Assembly: GCA_964419535.1 (NCBI GenBank)
Contig: CAYQQG010000001.1
Coordinates: forward strand, 1-51,509
Length of the DNA: 51,509 nt
Direction of reading: 5' to 3'
Origin: an uncultured Sangeribacter sp.
GTDB taxonomy: Bacteria > Bacteroidota > Bacteroidia > Bacteroidales > Muribaculaceae
Shown here: in pieces, positions 19,841 through 29,229 of the stretch
Layout: each line of letters starts with the position of its first letter
Numbering within the stretch: position 1 is the first letter of the stretch
The notes under the pieces: generated by a model
What the model saw: only the letters and a program-made list of their open reading frames with translations
What the model was told of the DNA's origin: nothing
Databases searched by the model: none
Position numbers and translations under genes: made by a program

Positions 19841-20683
19841 ATGAAAAAACTCTGCATTTTTGCGATCGCTGCGGTTTTGTCTTTAGGATCGCTGTTCACA
19901 TTGCATGCTAAGGACAATGAGGCTTCCTCTGTAAAGCCACACTATGAAATCCGCAATAAGGAATTCTGGAAATATCTTCACACTGACAGTCTGCCTGACA
20001 TAAACAAGGGGAAAGTGAAGACATACACTGTCATCATCAACAATGGAGATGACGAGTTTGAATCTGACGCAGTAGACGTTTACACCTACAATTTCAACAA
20101 GAATGGTCTTCAGACCAGTGGCAGTTACAAAGGAATTTGGGGCGACAGCTATGAATACAAAATCGAACTTAATGAATATGGCCGTCCCGCGAAGATTCAC
20201 TGGGTTTCAAAAGACATATGTCTTGATTGTGAAAATACCGATATAACGGTTGAGACCGACTATATACCGTTCTATGACCGTGCCGGAAGAATCAATCTCA
20301 TCCGCGAAGAGACAATGAAGGTCGGTGGCAAGAAGGCGAACCAGATCAATAAATATTATGTCCAACCCGGACCGACCGGTGCTCCGGCAATGGTCGTGTG
20401 TCTCGAAGATCAAAGTCTGTTCCTCAACTTCTCTCCGGACCGGAACTTAAAGGACTGCAAAATTTATATCTACGGTTTCGAAGATATGAAGGTGCCCGAA
20501 AAATGGTATCTGCTGGAATTGAACGAAAATCAGACCCGTGAAATGATTGACATGGAAGTCGAGAACAATATTCCTGCAAATGCCGTCATCGAATATGACG
20601 CGAAAGGGAACTGGAGCAAGAAATCATGGAAAAATGCTGGAGGTAATGACGTCAGCATCCGTCGCGAAATCGTCTATTTCTGA
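19841..20683 (+). CDS. Secreted hypothetical protein with degenerate YD-like repeats
   Basis: Signal peptide ending 'LHA'; motifs 'YNFNKNGL', 'LNEYGRP', 'YDRAGRI', 'YDAKGNW', C-terminal 'RREIVY'. Confidence 0.7.
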   Translation: MKKLCIFAIAAVLSLGSLFTLHAKDNEASSVKPHYEIRNKEFWKYLHTDSLPDINKGKVKTYTVIINNGDDEFESDAVDVYTYNFNKNGLQTSGSYKGIWGDSYEYKIELNEYGRPAKIHWVSKDICLDCENTDITVETDYIPFYDRAGRINLIREETMKVGGKKANQINKYYVQPGPTGAPAMVVCLEDQSLFLNFSPDRNLKDCKIYIYGFEDMKVPEKWYLLELNENQTREMIDMEVENNIPANAVIEYDAKGNWSKKSWKNAGGNDVSIRREIVYF

Positions 20684-20698
20684 TCCTATGGCAAAGAA

Positions 20699-22042
20699 TC
20701 AGAAACTTAACTGAAGCATAGCTTCCATGCGGTTTGAACTTCCGTGGCTTCCGTCGAAGTTCTTTCGCTCTCCGATCATATATTCCGCTCCGACACTCAA
20801 TCGAGGGGTGATTTCCCAGAAAAGATTGGCCGCTCCGCAAAGTCCATATTTATATCCGTCCGCATCGATAGGCCTTGATTCATAATTTCTCAATTGGGAG
20901 AATGTGACTGAGGAGTAGAGATCCGGACGGAAGTTATATTTGCATCCGACGAAATATGAGAACGCTTTCGGCAGCTCGAGCACGCCGGGTTTTCCGGCAA
21001 TGCCGACCAAATCATGCGCCCCATTGCTAAGGTCGCTCATATAGCTTGCGTGTCCGGCTCCATAAACTGCAATTCCATACATGGTCAGCTCCGGAAGAAC
21101 TTTGACAGCGGAAGACAGAGCCAGTCCCCACCCGACTTTATTGTGATTTCTTCCCTCGAGCAAGTCTCTGTATGTAAGCGTGCGCAGTAATCCCGAGAGA
21201 CGGATGTGGCTGAATCCTTCATTCCAATGATATTGACCGAAAGCGGCTACGTCAGGCAAATATGGCGCACATGCCTCGGTCGTTCCCGTCTGATCGGCGA
21301 TATATGTGTCCGGGAACTCCAGACCCCCGGCTACGCTCCACCCCGATTTGAAGTCATGTTGATACCGGACAAGTATGTTCGCGCGGTCAACTGCGCCATT
21401 TGTTATACCTCCGTCACAAACCCGCGGTCCGGCTCCGGCGTCGAGAAATGTCGAAAGAGCATATCCGGCCGTGAAACCTTTCACTATGATATACGCTCGC
21501 CTGAGTTTGAAATCCATTCTTTGATAACCTCTGAACCCTCCTTCAAGATAGGCAAAGAAATCTCCGACCGCCGTGTTGCGTCCCAGGAGTGTGAAGAAAA
21601 AGCCAGAATTTGCAGGAGTCGCATAAAGTCGCTTCTCTCGCGCGGGGTTCTTCGGAATCGGTATGTTATAAGGGGAAAAGACGTATGGCTCGACAATGCC
21701 GTTCCAATCCTCCCAGCCTCTTATGGTCAGCAATCCTCCGACCCCCATTGCGAGATGAGCGTCTTTGGTCATCATCATGAAATATGGAGCCTGAGGATCG
21801 CTGAAAGTCCGAAATTGATCGGTGTAGAAAATATTCATCAGCGCCCTCACGGAGTCAGGCGAGGTCACTGAGGTATCCGGAGTTCCCAGCGTAAACACTT
21901 TCTGACGCTCCAACAACTTCTGACGTTGAATCTGTTCGGGATATTTCAGCCGTAACCCTATGGAGTCGCTTTCACTTTTTGCGATAGACGGCAAGGTGAT
22001 TATGGCCAGTGCAATAATTGCAATTAGGCGGGTAAATTTCAT
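20699..22042 (-). CDS. DcaP-family outer-membrane porin
   Basis: Signal peptide; 'FSDPQAPYFM', 'FKLRRAY..GFTAG', 'LPDVAA..QY', 'ANLFW..VGAEY..GER', terminal Phe. Confidence 0.75.
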   Translation of the reverse strand: MKFTRLIAIIALAIITLPSIAKSESDSIGLRLKYPEQIQRQKLLERQKVFTLGTPDTSVTSPDSVRALMNIFYTDQFRTFSDPQAPYFMMMTKDAHLAMGVGGLLTIRGWEDWNGIVEPYVFSPYNIPIPKNPAREKRLYATPANSGFFFTLLGRNTAVGDFFAYLEGGFRGYQRMDFKLRRAYIIVKGFTAGYALSTFLDAGAGPRVCDGGITNGAVDRANILVRYQHDFKSGWSVAGGLEFPDTYIADQTGTTEACAPYLPDVAAFGQYHWNEGFSHIRLSGLLRTLTYRDLLEGRNHNKVGWGLALSSAVKVLPELTMYGIAVYGAGHASYMSDLSNGAHDLVGIAGKPGVLELPKAFSYFVGCKYNFRPDLYSSVTFSQLRNYESRPIDADGYKYGLCGAANLFWEITPRLSVGAEYMIGERKNFDGSHGSSNRMEAMLQLSF

Positions 22043-22070
22043 AGACTGTTATATAACTTTTCTGATCTTG

Positions 22071-22145
22071 TCAAAATGTGTCAGAGCTAATTTTGACTGA
22101 TCAAATTATATCTGATGTGAATTTGTCCGATCAAAATTTGTCTGA
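22071..22145. repeat. Five degenerate 15-bp tandem units (consensus TCAAAATTTGTCTGA) in the porin 5' leader
   Basis: TCAAAATGTGTCAGA / GCTAATTTTGACTGA / TCAAATTATATCTGA / TGTGAATTTGTCCGA / TCAAAATTTGTCTGA. Confidence 0.7.
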
Positions 22146-22174
22146 CCTGTTTTGATCGTCCTGATTTTACCCGG

Positions 22175-22182
22175 CAAAATTA
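22175..22182 (-). promoter_or_regulatory. -7 element of the porin promoter
   Basis: CAAAATTA is TAATTTTG on the minus strand, about 130 bp upstream of the porin ATG. Confidence 0.55.
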
Positions 22183-22195
22183 ACAATTTTTTATT

Positions 22196-22237
22196 AAAAA
22201 AGCGGACTTTGATTCCAAAAATTGAAACCAAAGTCCG
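22196..22237 (-). terminator. Intrinsic terminator after trxA
   Basis: CGGACTTTG...CAAAGTCCG stem; the A-run at 22196-22201 gives the U-tract on the minus strand. Confidence 0.7.
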
Positions 22238-22298
22238 ATTATAGATTTCTCAAATTCAATTCAAGTATGAAAGATTCCACTAAGAATCTATTTCATAA

Positions 22299-22595
22299 TC
22301 AATTGAATTCATTGATTTTCGCTTCCAAATCACGAACAGAATGAACACCCGAAGCACGCCATTTCAATTCGCCGCCCTTGAAGAGCATCAAAGTCGGAAC
22401 GCTCATAACCTTTAATGATTGTGCCAACGCTTCATTTTTGTCAATGTCGATCTTAATGATCTTTGCCTTATCCCCAACCTTTTCATGCAGTTCTTCAAGA
22501 ATGGGGTGCATCATCTGGCACGGACCGCACCAAGTAGCGAAAAAGTCGACCAAAACGGGGACATCCGCATTTACAATTTCTTCAAATTTGTTCAT
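22299..22595 (-). CDS. trxA: Thioredoxin
   Basis: 'VLVDFFATWCGPC', 'SVPTL'. Confidence 0.96.
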   Translation of the reverse strand: MNKFEEIVNADVPVLVDFFATWCGPCQMMHPILEELHEKVGDKAKIIKIDIDKNEALAQSLKVMSVPTLMLFKGGELKWRASGVHSVRDLEAKINEFN

Positions 22596-22702
22596 AGTAT
22601 TTCTCCTTAAATCAAGATTTAGAATTCTTTAAAGTCCTATTGGATTCATTAATATAACGCTGCGGATGAGCTAATTGTTTGCCATTGGCCCACGGTTCTC
22701 TA

Positions 22703-23500
22703 TTATAAGATTTTGAAGGTGTCAGAATCTTTAAAAGCAGGAAATTTCTCACGGAACCGTTCAAGTTTTTCCATGGACAGTGTGGCATAAAGATATGGTG
22801 ACTCGGCTGATGTCCGCGTCGAGATCTCTTTCCCTTTGAAGTCTATTGCCATTGAACTGCCGTCATATTCAAATCCGGCATCATCCGTTCCGGAGCAATT
22901 GACACCCAAAACGTATGATTCATTCTCAATGGCTCTCGCAAAGAGGAGTTTGTTCCATGCGTCCACCCTCACCTTAGGCCAATTCGCCACTGCGATCAAC
23001 AGATCATATTCGTTGTCAACATTTCTTATCCAGACTGGGAATCGGATGTCATAGCATACAATCATAGATATGTTCCAACCGCGATAGCGTATCTTCAGAC
23101 GCGAATTTCCGGCTGAGAAATTCTTGTCCTCTCCCGCCATTGTGAAAAGGTGGCGTTTGTCGGCAAATGTTTCTTCTCCCGATGGTTCAATAAAAAAGGC
23201 CCTGTTATAAAGACTCCCGCCGGAATTGGCAATGAAACTTCCGGCAATTGCAGTATTATATTTATGGGCAAGATATTTTATGAAATCAATTGTGTCTTCT
23301 GTGTTTTTCTCCGCTAAGGGACGAATTTCTTCCTTATTTTTTCCGGACGGGAACCCGGTGGAAAAAGTTTCCGGAAGCACCAGCAACTCCGTCTCATGGT
23401 GAATGTCTTCAAGCGCGGATTCTAATTTTTTCAAATTAGCCAATTTGTCTCCCCACGCGATTTCCATTGGGTAAAGACAGACGTTAAGATTCTTTGTCAT
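22703..23500 (-). CDS. Nitrilase-family amidohydrolase (omega-amidase/YafV-like)
   Basis: Glu-Lys-Cys triad: 'LPETFSTGF', 'DKRHLF', 'VCYDIRFP'; 'ARAIEN'. Confidence 0.9.
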   Translation of the reverse strand: MTKNLNVCLYPMEIAWGDKLANLKKLESALEDIHHETELLVLPETFSTGFPSGKNKEEIRPLAEKNTEDTIDFIKYLAHKYNTAIAGSFIANSGGSLYNRAFFIEPSGEETFADKRHLFTMAGEDKNFSAGNSRLKIRYRGWNISMIVCYDIRFPVWIRNVDNEYDLLIAVANWPKVRVDAWNKLLFARAIENESYVLGVNCSGTDDAGFEYDGSSMAIDFKGKEISTRTSAESPYLYATLSMEKLERFREKFPAFKDSDTFKIL

Positions 23501-23547
23501 AAGCGAATTGGTCTATCAGACCTCGTTTCATTAAAAGTTATAAAAAG

Positions 23548-24096
23548 TCATACCGTGAATTTCTCGGGATACTTAGCCGCGCCGGCATAATTGGAATAGA
23601 AGGATTTCACAAATGCCATATCCGCTTCAATGTCACCGGACGGCCGGAACTCTTTTTCAATGATTACTTCCTTTTTTGAAAAGTCAATAATTCCCAATTG
23701 AACCGGCACTTCTGCTCCCAAAGCGATCTGAAGGAATCCTGTGTGCCACTTTTCAACTCTGCTTCGGGTCCCCTCCGGAGTCACAGCGAGATTCATATAC
23801 TCTCTGTTCTTGAAATCCTCTATTATCTGAGCCACAAGCGACCGGCCCGTCTTTTTTGAAGACTCGACCGGAATGCCGCCGAGAAATCTCAAAAGATATT
23901 TCAAAGGAAAGAAAAACCAGAATTTTTTCATCAGGAAATTTGCCTTTCTTCCAAGCGACTTATAGGCCGCCAGTCCGACTATAAAGTCCCAGTTTGTAGT
24001 GTGCGGCGCCACGCATATCACACATTTGTCGCGTCGCGTAGCCGTAATCTTAACCTTCCAGCCGAACCATTTTAACATTAATCCCCAGACATTCAT
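23548..24096 (-). CDS. 1-acyl-sn-glycerol-3-phosphate acyltransferase family protein
   Basis: 'APHTTNWD' (HxxxxD), 'TPEGTR'; start moved to ATG 24096. Confidence 0.88.
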   Translation of the reverse strand: MNVWGLMLKWFGWKVKITATRRDKCVICVAPHTTNWDFIVGLAAYKSLGRKANFLMKKFWFFFPLKYLLRFLGGIPVESSKKTGRSLVAQIIEDFKNREYMNLAVTPEGTRSRVEKWHTGFLQIALGAEVPVQLGIIDFSKKEVIIEKEFRPSGDIEADMAFVKSFYSNYAGAAKYPEKFTV

Positions 24097-24111
24097 AACT
24101 CTAAAATTTAA

Positions 24112-24146
24112 TGGGTTGCACCAAATTCTAAATCCGATGCAACCCA
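24112..24146 (-). terminator. Stem-loop between the 120-aa gene and the acyltransferase (possible weak terminator or processing site)
   Basis: TGGGTTGCA-N17-TGCAACCCA; only a weak U-rich tail on the minus strand. Confidence 0.4.
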
Positions 24147-24228
24147 CTTCGATTGTTTTGGCCGGATCAATTCGGACATAAATTCAAATTCCGAAAAATC
24201 CAACTTATATTGTTTCGGTCAGATCAAA

Positions 24229-24591
24229 TCACGCATTAGCGACTTCTTTCTGAGCCGCTTTATAACCTTCGGGAAGGGCTGTATTGAATTCTTTGACAGC
24301 ACCGTTGATCTTCTCACCGAATTCTGTTTCTATCTTATTGAAAAGTGAGCGGAAGAATTTTCTCTTCTCAGCTGCATATTCCTTATGGTCGGCAAAAGCC
24401 TTGGGTCCACGGTCGAAATATAAGTTGGCATTGTTCTTGGCCTCTTCGATTGCGCCGAGAACTTTGCCGACAGCGTCGGCAATTGCCTTCTTGTCCGCAC
24501 CTTCAACGTTATAGTATGAGATCATCATCTCTTCGACCACCGACGCGCCAAGTGCATCGGCATATTTTTTAAATTCTCTCTTGTTGGGCAT
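24229..24591 (-). CDS. Small helical hypothetical protein (120 aa)
   Basis: Clean ORF with highly-expressed-like codon usage; N-terminus 'MPNKREFKK' resembles an uncharacterised Bacteroidales family. Confidence 0.75.
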   Translation of the reverse strand: MPNKREFKKYADALGASVVEEMMISYYNVEGADKKAIADAVGKVLGAIEEAKNNANLYFDRGPKAFADHKEYAAEKRKFFRSLFNKIETEFGEKINGAVKEFNTALPEGYKAAQKEVANA

Positions 24592-24779
24592 GATATTTCT
24601 TTTTAATAATTATGTTAATTTCGCTTATATGAGTATCAGGTGACAATAATTATTGCCACCTGATATAATAACATTTGAAAACCTAAAAAGGTTATATATA
24701 CTTTTGAGATATATCCCTTTTAAGAGATATTATCTATTAAAGTCTTTTGGAGAACAATCTTCCCCTTTTCAGGACTGGA

Positions 24780-26285
24780 TCATCCGCAGTGCCAGAATTT
24801 TCTGACAACTTCAAGCATCTCTTTCGGATTGTCCTGCAGTTTCTTTCTGAGATTGTTGTCGTTATGTTTTCTGAGCTTGCTGATGATTCCGTCAATGAGT
24901 GCCGGCGAGAACACATCATATTTCTCGAAGTCAGCCCGATTTGCCTCAAGAGCGTCGGCCGAAGCGACACATGAATCCGGGAGAGATTCGAGAGATGCGA
25001 GTTTCTCTTTGTTCTCGTCATTATGGATATTCACGCTCACATACATGTCCTCGGCTCTTTCAAGTGCTTTTTCGGAAAGAATTCCCTCACGCGCGGCTAC
25101 AACCATTCCGGCGATAAGCTGATAGACGTCGGCCGAGCAGTCCGCTGAACGAAGTTCGGCAGTCTGTTTCTGGGGCGCGGCGCTTCTCGCGTCTTCTTCG
25201 AGAGGATTGGCGTGTGAGCACATATCCAGTTCGCCGGTCCAACCGAGCGGAACGCGAACAAGAACCGAACGGTTGCGGTCTCCCCAACAGATTGATGTCG
25301 GAGCCTCCTGATGAGGAACAAGACGGAAATAGCTTGTGGGAACCTTGTTGCCGAATGCTGTGATTGCTGCTGAATGATCAAGAATTCCGGCAATCGCTTT
25401 GCGTGCAACGTCACTCAGACGGCCATCGGCGTCTGTCATGACATTCTGATCGCCGTCCATAATCTTGAAATGGATATGCAGGCCTGAGCCGGCTTTTCCG
25501 GCTGTGATCTTCGGAGCGAATGTCACGTCATATCCGCGTTTGGCCGCGAGGCCACGGATTATCCACTTCGCAATCATCAGGTTGTCAGCGGCCTGAATTG
25601 CCGGAACGGGAAGGAATTCAATTTCATTCTGCTCATAGATCTTGTCGCCCAGAGTGAAGTTGCCGACTTCGTTATGACCATATTTGATCTGACCGCCCGC
25701 TTGAGCTATCATAGCCATGCACTCGACACGGAAATCGCTGAATTTTGAATATGGAGCCGATTCGTGATATCCTTTCTGGTCCGAAGCGGCGAACAGTCCG
25801 GGATCGTCCGAGATGACATAATACTCGAGCTCGCCCATTGCATAAAAATCGAGACCGGTTGAAGAACGGAAACTTTCGACGGCCTTGCGCAATGTATATT
25901 CCGGTGAAGAATGCAAAGGTCTGCCCTCTTTGTCGAAGAAAGAAGCGAGCATAGTCAATGTCGGGATCTCAGCAAACGGATCCACAAACGCGGTCGCATA
26001 ACGCGGGATGACATACAAGTCACTGTTTCCGGCTTCAATAAAGGGGAAAAGTGAACTTCCGTCAACACGTTCGCCGAATGTAAGGATAGAATCCAGATAT
26101 TCGGCATTATTGATTACGAAATTGAGAGTTTTCAGACGATTGTCATCCGCGGGATACATAAAGTTGACCATTCGGATGTCATTCTCTTCGATGAAGCGAA
26201 TGATGTCTTCCTTACGGAATTGAGCAGGATCCTTCTGAAGAAACTGCACAACTTTGTTAGGACAAAGCTTGATGTTTTGATTCAT
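24780..26285 (-). CDS. glnA: Glutamine synthetase type I family protein
   Basis: 'DGSS', 'GELEYY', 'HNEVG..QNEIEF', 'FAPK...AGSGLHIH', 'SYFRLVPHQEAP', 'NRSVLVRVP', 'ELRSAD'. Confidence 0.92.
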   Translation of the reverse strand: MNQNIKLCPNKVVQFLQKDPAQFRKEDIIRFIEENDIRMVNFMYPADDNRLKTLNFVINNAEYLDSILTFGERVDGSSLFPFIEAGNSDLYVIPRYATAFVDPFAEIPTLTMLASFFDKEGRPLHSSPEYTLRKAVESFRSSTGLDFYAMGELEYYVISDDPGLFAASDQKGYHESAPYSKFSDFRVECMAMIAQAGGQIKYGHNEVGNFTLGDKIYEQNEIEFLPVPAIQAADNLMIAKWIIRGLAAKRGYDVTFAPKITAGKAGSGLHIHFKIMDGDQNVMTDADGRLSDVARKAIAGILDHSAAITAFGNKVPTSYFRLVPHQEAPTSICWGDRNRSVLVRVPLGWTGELDMCSHANPLEEDARSAAPQKQTAELRSADCSADVYQLIAGMVVAAREGILSEKALERAEDMYVSVNIHNDENKEKLASLESLPDSCVASADALEANRADFEKYDVFSPALIDGIISKLRKHNDNNLRKKLQDNPKEMLEVVRKFWHCG

Positions 26286-26387
26286 GGTGTATTTTTAGAT
26301 TTAAGTTTTTACTTTTTTCTTGGTGTCGAATCTCTGACTTCAGTCTCATTTTCGAACATCAAGTCATGCATATTAGATAAGGTCAGA

Positions 26388-26395
26388 CAAAGTTA
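26388..26395 (-). promoter_or_regulatory. -7 element of the glnA promoter
   Basis: CAAAGTTA is TAACTTTG on the minus strand, about 100 bp upstream of the ATG. Confidence 0.45.
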
Positions 26396-26639
26396 GGACA
26401 AATTTTTTCAATTACGAAACTTTTATTCAAGAAATCATGACCTCAAATCGCTTATATGTTTTATAACACAAGTTTTTCAATGAAATATGACCGCGTTTTA
26501 TATTTACTGATATTATTATCAATGCTTATTTCATTACAATTCCCATTATGAATTTGCATATTCTATTATTGACAGGAAATGTCCTAATATTAAACATTAT
26601 CGGGCCTCGAATGTTAAATTAAGTAAAGAATGATCAAAA

Positions 26640-28157
26640 ATGAAAAAATCCCTTATATGGCTCCTGACTGCCATTATGGCACTTACGTTCGGCTCTCTGC
26701 TGTATTTTCAGATTATGTATTTTGAAAATATGGTGAAGATGCGCGAGGGGCAATTTTCAGAAAACGTCATGCGATCTCTTCATTCAACTGTCGGGTTGCT
26801 TGAACGCTACGAGACTCTTCATTATCTTGAAGAGGACGTCGCCATACTCGGTTCGGCGGATGACATGTCCGACGATCCCAATTTTTATACAATGGCCGAT
26901 CCCTCAGCTTTTGTAATGACTCCAAAAGAATCGGCTCAAAGACTTTCATATCCGGGAATAGCTCCCGGAGCAGTCGACCACTACAAGAAACTGCGTGAAT
27001 CCCTCAAAAATCAATATCAATATCAACAGGGTCTCCTTAATGAAGTCATTCTGACAATTCTTCATGAGGCTCCACTGCGCTCATTGACAGAGCGCGCCGA
27101 TTCCACCGTTGTGAGAGAGTTTCTGAAGAACGAACTCGAAGCTAACGGTGTCTATCTCCCTTTCTCTTTCGCGATTTCCGATTCCAAAGACTCTTATAAT
27201 TATATGACGCCTGAATTTATAGACCCGAACGTCGAAAGGGTTCCCGTCTATTCAGTCGAGCTTTTTCCAAACACCGGCGCCAAAGAGTCAAGATTGTATG
27301 TTGAGTTTCCCACACGGGATTCCTATATTTTCTCATCCGTCAGGTTCATTATCCCGATGCTTGCGTTCACTGTCATTTTACTCGTGATATTCCTGTATAC
27401 TGTCATACTTATCTTCCGACAAAAGAAGCTGACAGAGATGAAGACTGATTTCATCAACAATATGACCCACGAATTCAAGACACCGATATCAACGATCTCG
27501 CTGGCGGCCCAGATGCTTGATGACGAGTCTGTAAGAAAGTCTCCGGCAATGCTAAAACACCTTGCGACCGTAATTGGAGACGAATCAAAGCGTCTTCGGT
27601 TTCAGGTGGAAAAAGTGCTCCAGATGTCGATGTATGACGATGCCGGAGGATCGGCCCTTAAGTTTACGGAAGTCAACGTCAACAATATCATATATAACAT
27701 TGTCAACACGCATAAGATTAAGGCCGAAAAAGACGGCGGAAAGATTGAGCTTCACCTTGATGCTGACAACTCGGATGTGATTCTCGACGAAATGCATTTC
27801 ACCAATGTCATCTTCAATCTTCTTGATAATGCAATTAAATATATGAAGGAGGATACGCCTCCGCATCTGACCGTCTCCACCAGAGATGTCGGCGACGACC
27901 GGCTTGAGATCAGAATCCGTGACAACGGAATCGGCATCAAAAAAGACGATCTCAAACGGATATTCGATAAATTCTACAGAGTTTCGACCGGCAATCGTCA
28001 CGACGTGAAAGGATTCGGTCTCGGTTTGGCATACGTCAAAAAAATGGTTACAATTTTCAAAGGGACAATTAGAGCCGAGAGCGAATATGGGAAATGGAGT
28101 GAATTTATCATTACGCTTCCACTTGCCGAAGTGTCAGAACTTAAAACTGACGATTAA
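26640..28157 (+). CDS. rprX: Sensor histidine kinase (RprX-like)
   Basis: Two TM segments; H-box 'NMTHEFKTP', N-box 'NLLDNAIKY', G1 'DNGIG', G2 'GFGLGL'; upstream of an RprY-like regulator. Confidence 0.88.
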   Translation: MKKSLIWLLTAIMALTFGSLLYFQIMYFENMVKMREGQFSENVMRSLHSTVGLLERYETLHYLEEDVAILGSADDMSDDPNFYTMADPSAFVMTPKESAQRLSYPGIAPGAVDHYKKLRESLKNQYQYQQGLLNEVILTILHEAPLRSLTERADSTVVREFLKNELEANGVYLPFSFAISDSKDSYNYMTPEFIDPNVERVPVYSVELFPNTGAKESRLYVEFPTRDSYIFSSVRFIIPMLAFTVILLVIFLYTVILIFRQKKLTEMKTDFINNMTHEFKTPISTISLAAQMLDDESVRKSPAMLKHLATVIGDESKRLRFQVEKVLQMSMYDDAGGSALKFTEVNVNNIIYNIVNTHKIKAEKDGGKIELHLDADNSDVILDEMHFTNVIFNLLDNAIKYMKEDTPPHLTVSTRDVGDDRLEIRIRDNGIGIKKDDLKRIFDKFYRVSTGNRHDVKGFGLGLAYVKKMVTIFKGTIRAESEYGKWSEFIITLPLAEVSELKTDD

Positions 28158-28280
28158 GACCGACTTGAATTGATGCGAAAAAGTTGAATTGATCAAATAT
28201 TTTAACGTTAGTTAAAACTTTAAGCACTTTCATGTGTTTAAATAATAAAAGATTGAACTTAATAAATACTATAGAAAGCC

Positions 28281-28985
28281 ATGGATAATAATTTGAAAAT
28301 TCTGCTGTGCGAGGACGATGAGAATCTCGGAATGCTGCTGAAAGAATTTTTGCAGGCAAAAGGATTCAATGCCGACCTTTGCAAAGACGGCGAAATAGGA
28401 TATAAGACTTTCCTTCAAAATAGTTATGACCTGTGCGTTTTGGACGTGATGATGCCCAAAAAGGATGGTTTCACTCTCGCTCAGGAAATAAGAAACGTAA
28501 ATTCCGAGGTGCCCATCATGTTCCTGACCGCCAAGAGCATTAAGGAGGACGTTCTTCAGGGATTCAAGATCGGCGCCGACGATTATATCACCAAGCCTTT
28601 CTCAATGGAAGAGCTCGTCATGCGCATAAATGCGGTGCTCAGACGTGTTCAGGGAAAGAAAGACAAAGAGGTCACTCAATATAAGTTAGGTAAATATATT
28701 TTCGACACTCAGAAACAAGTTCTTGTGGAGGGTGAAAAAACAACTAAACTCACCACAAAGGAATCTGAACTCCTGTCTCTTCTTTGTGAACACCTGAATG
28801 ATGTGTTGGAACGCAACTATGCTCTGAAAACCATTTGGGTTGATGATAACTATTTCAATGCCAGAAGCATGGACGTTTATATCACCAAGCTGCGCAAACT
28901 GCTTAAAGATGATCCGGACATTGAAATCATCAATATTCACGGCAAAGGTTATAAACTTGTCGCTCCTACAAGTGCAGAAGAATAA
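28281..28985 (+). CDS. rprY: OmpR-family response regulator (RprY-like)
   Basis: 'LCEDDENLG', 'LDVMMPKKDGF', 'NYFNARSMDVYITKLRK', 'NIHGKGY'. Confidence 0.92.
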   Translation: MDNNLKILLCEDDENLGMLLKEFLQAKGFNADLCKDGEIGYKTFLQNSYDLCVLDVMMPKKDGFTLAQEIRNVNSEVPIMFLTAKSIKEDVLQGFKIGADDYITKPFSMEELVMRINAVLRRVQGKKDKEVTQYKLGKYIFDTQKQVLVEGEKTTKLTTKESELLSLLCEHLNDVLERNYALKTIWVDDNYFNARSMDVYITKLRKLLKDDPDIEIINIHGKGYKLVAPTSAEE

Positions 28986-29064
28986 ACATAAAAACCTTTT
29001 CACAAAATCTTTTGCTAAAATAGGGTTGATGAATTAGATTAAAAAATTTTAATTATAAGAAATG

Positions 29065-29104
29065 AAAAAAGGGAACGGACCTTGGAGAGTCCGTTCCCTT
29101 TTTT
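29065..29104 (+). terminator. Intrinsic terminator after rprY (bidirectional shape)
   Basis: AAAAAAGGGAACGGAC-loop-GTCCGTTCCCTTTTTT. Confidence 0.85.
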
Positions 29105-29229
29105 ATGCTTTGACTCTGACGACTTATTTATATGTTATCTCTAACGTTTTATGAAATTGGCACTAACGCGATATATAATAATTATACTTGACATTCGTTA
29201 AGTTAATGATGAATAACGGACTTATGCTT

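Noticed and set aside
21206-21871. 221-aa plus-strand ORF (and the many similar antisense or off-frame ORFs in the track)
   Set aside because: Lie entirely within well-supported genes and show no recognisable motifs; shadow ORFs.
26318-26363. Glutamine riboswitch or attenuator in the glnA leader
   Set aside because: Only a weak imperfect hairpin, with no U-tract on the coding strand and no recognisable glnA-motif consensus.
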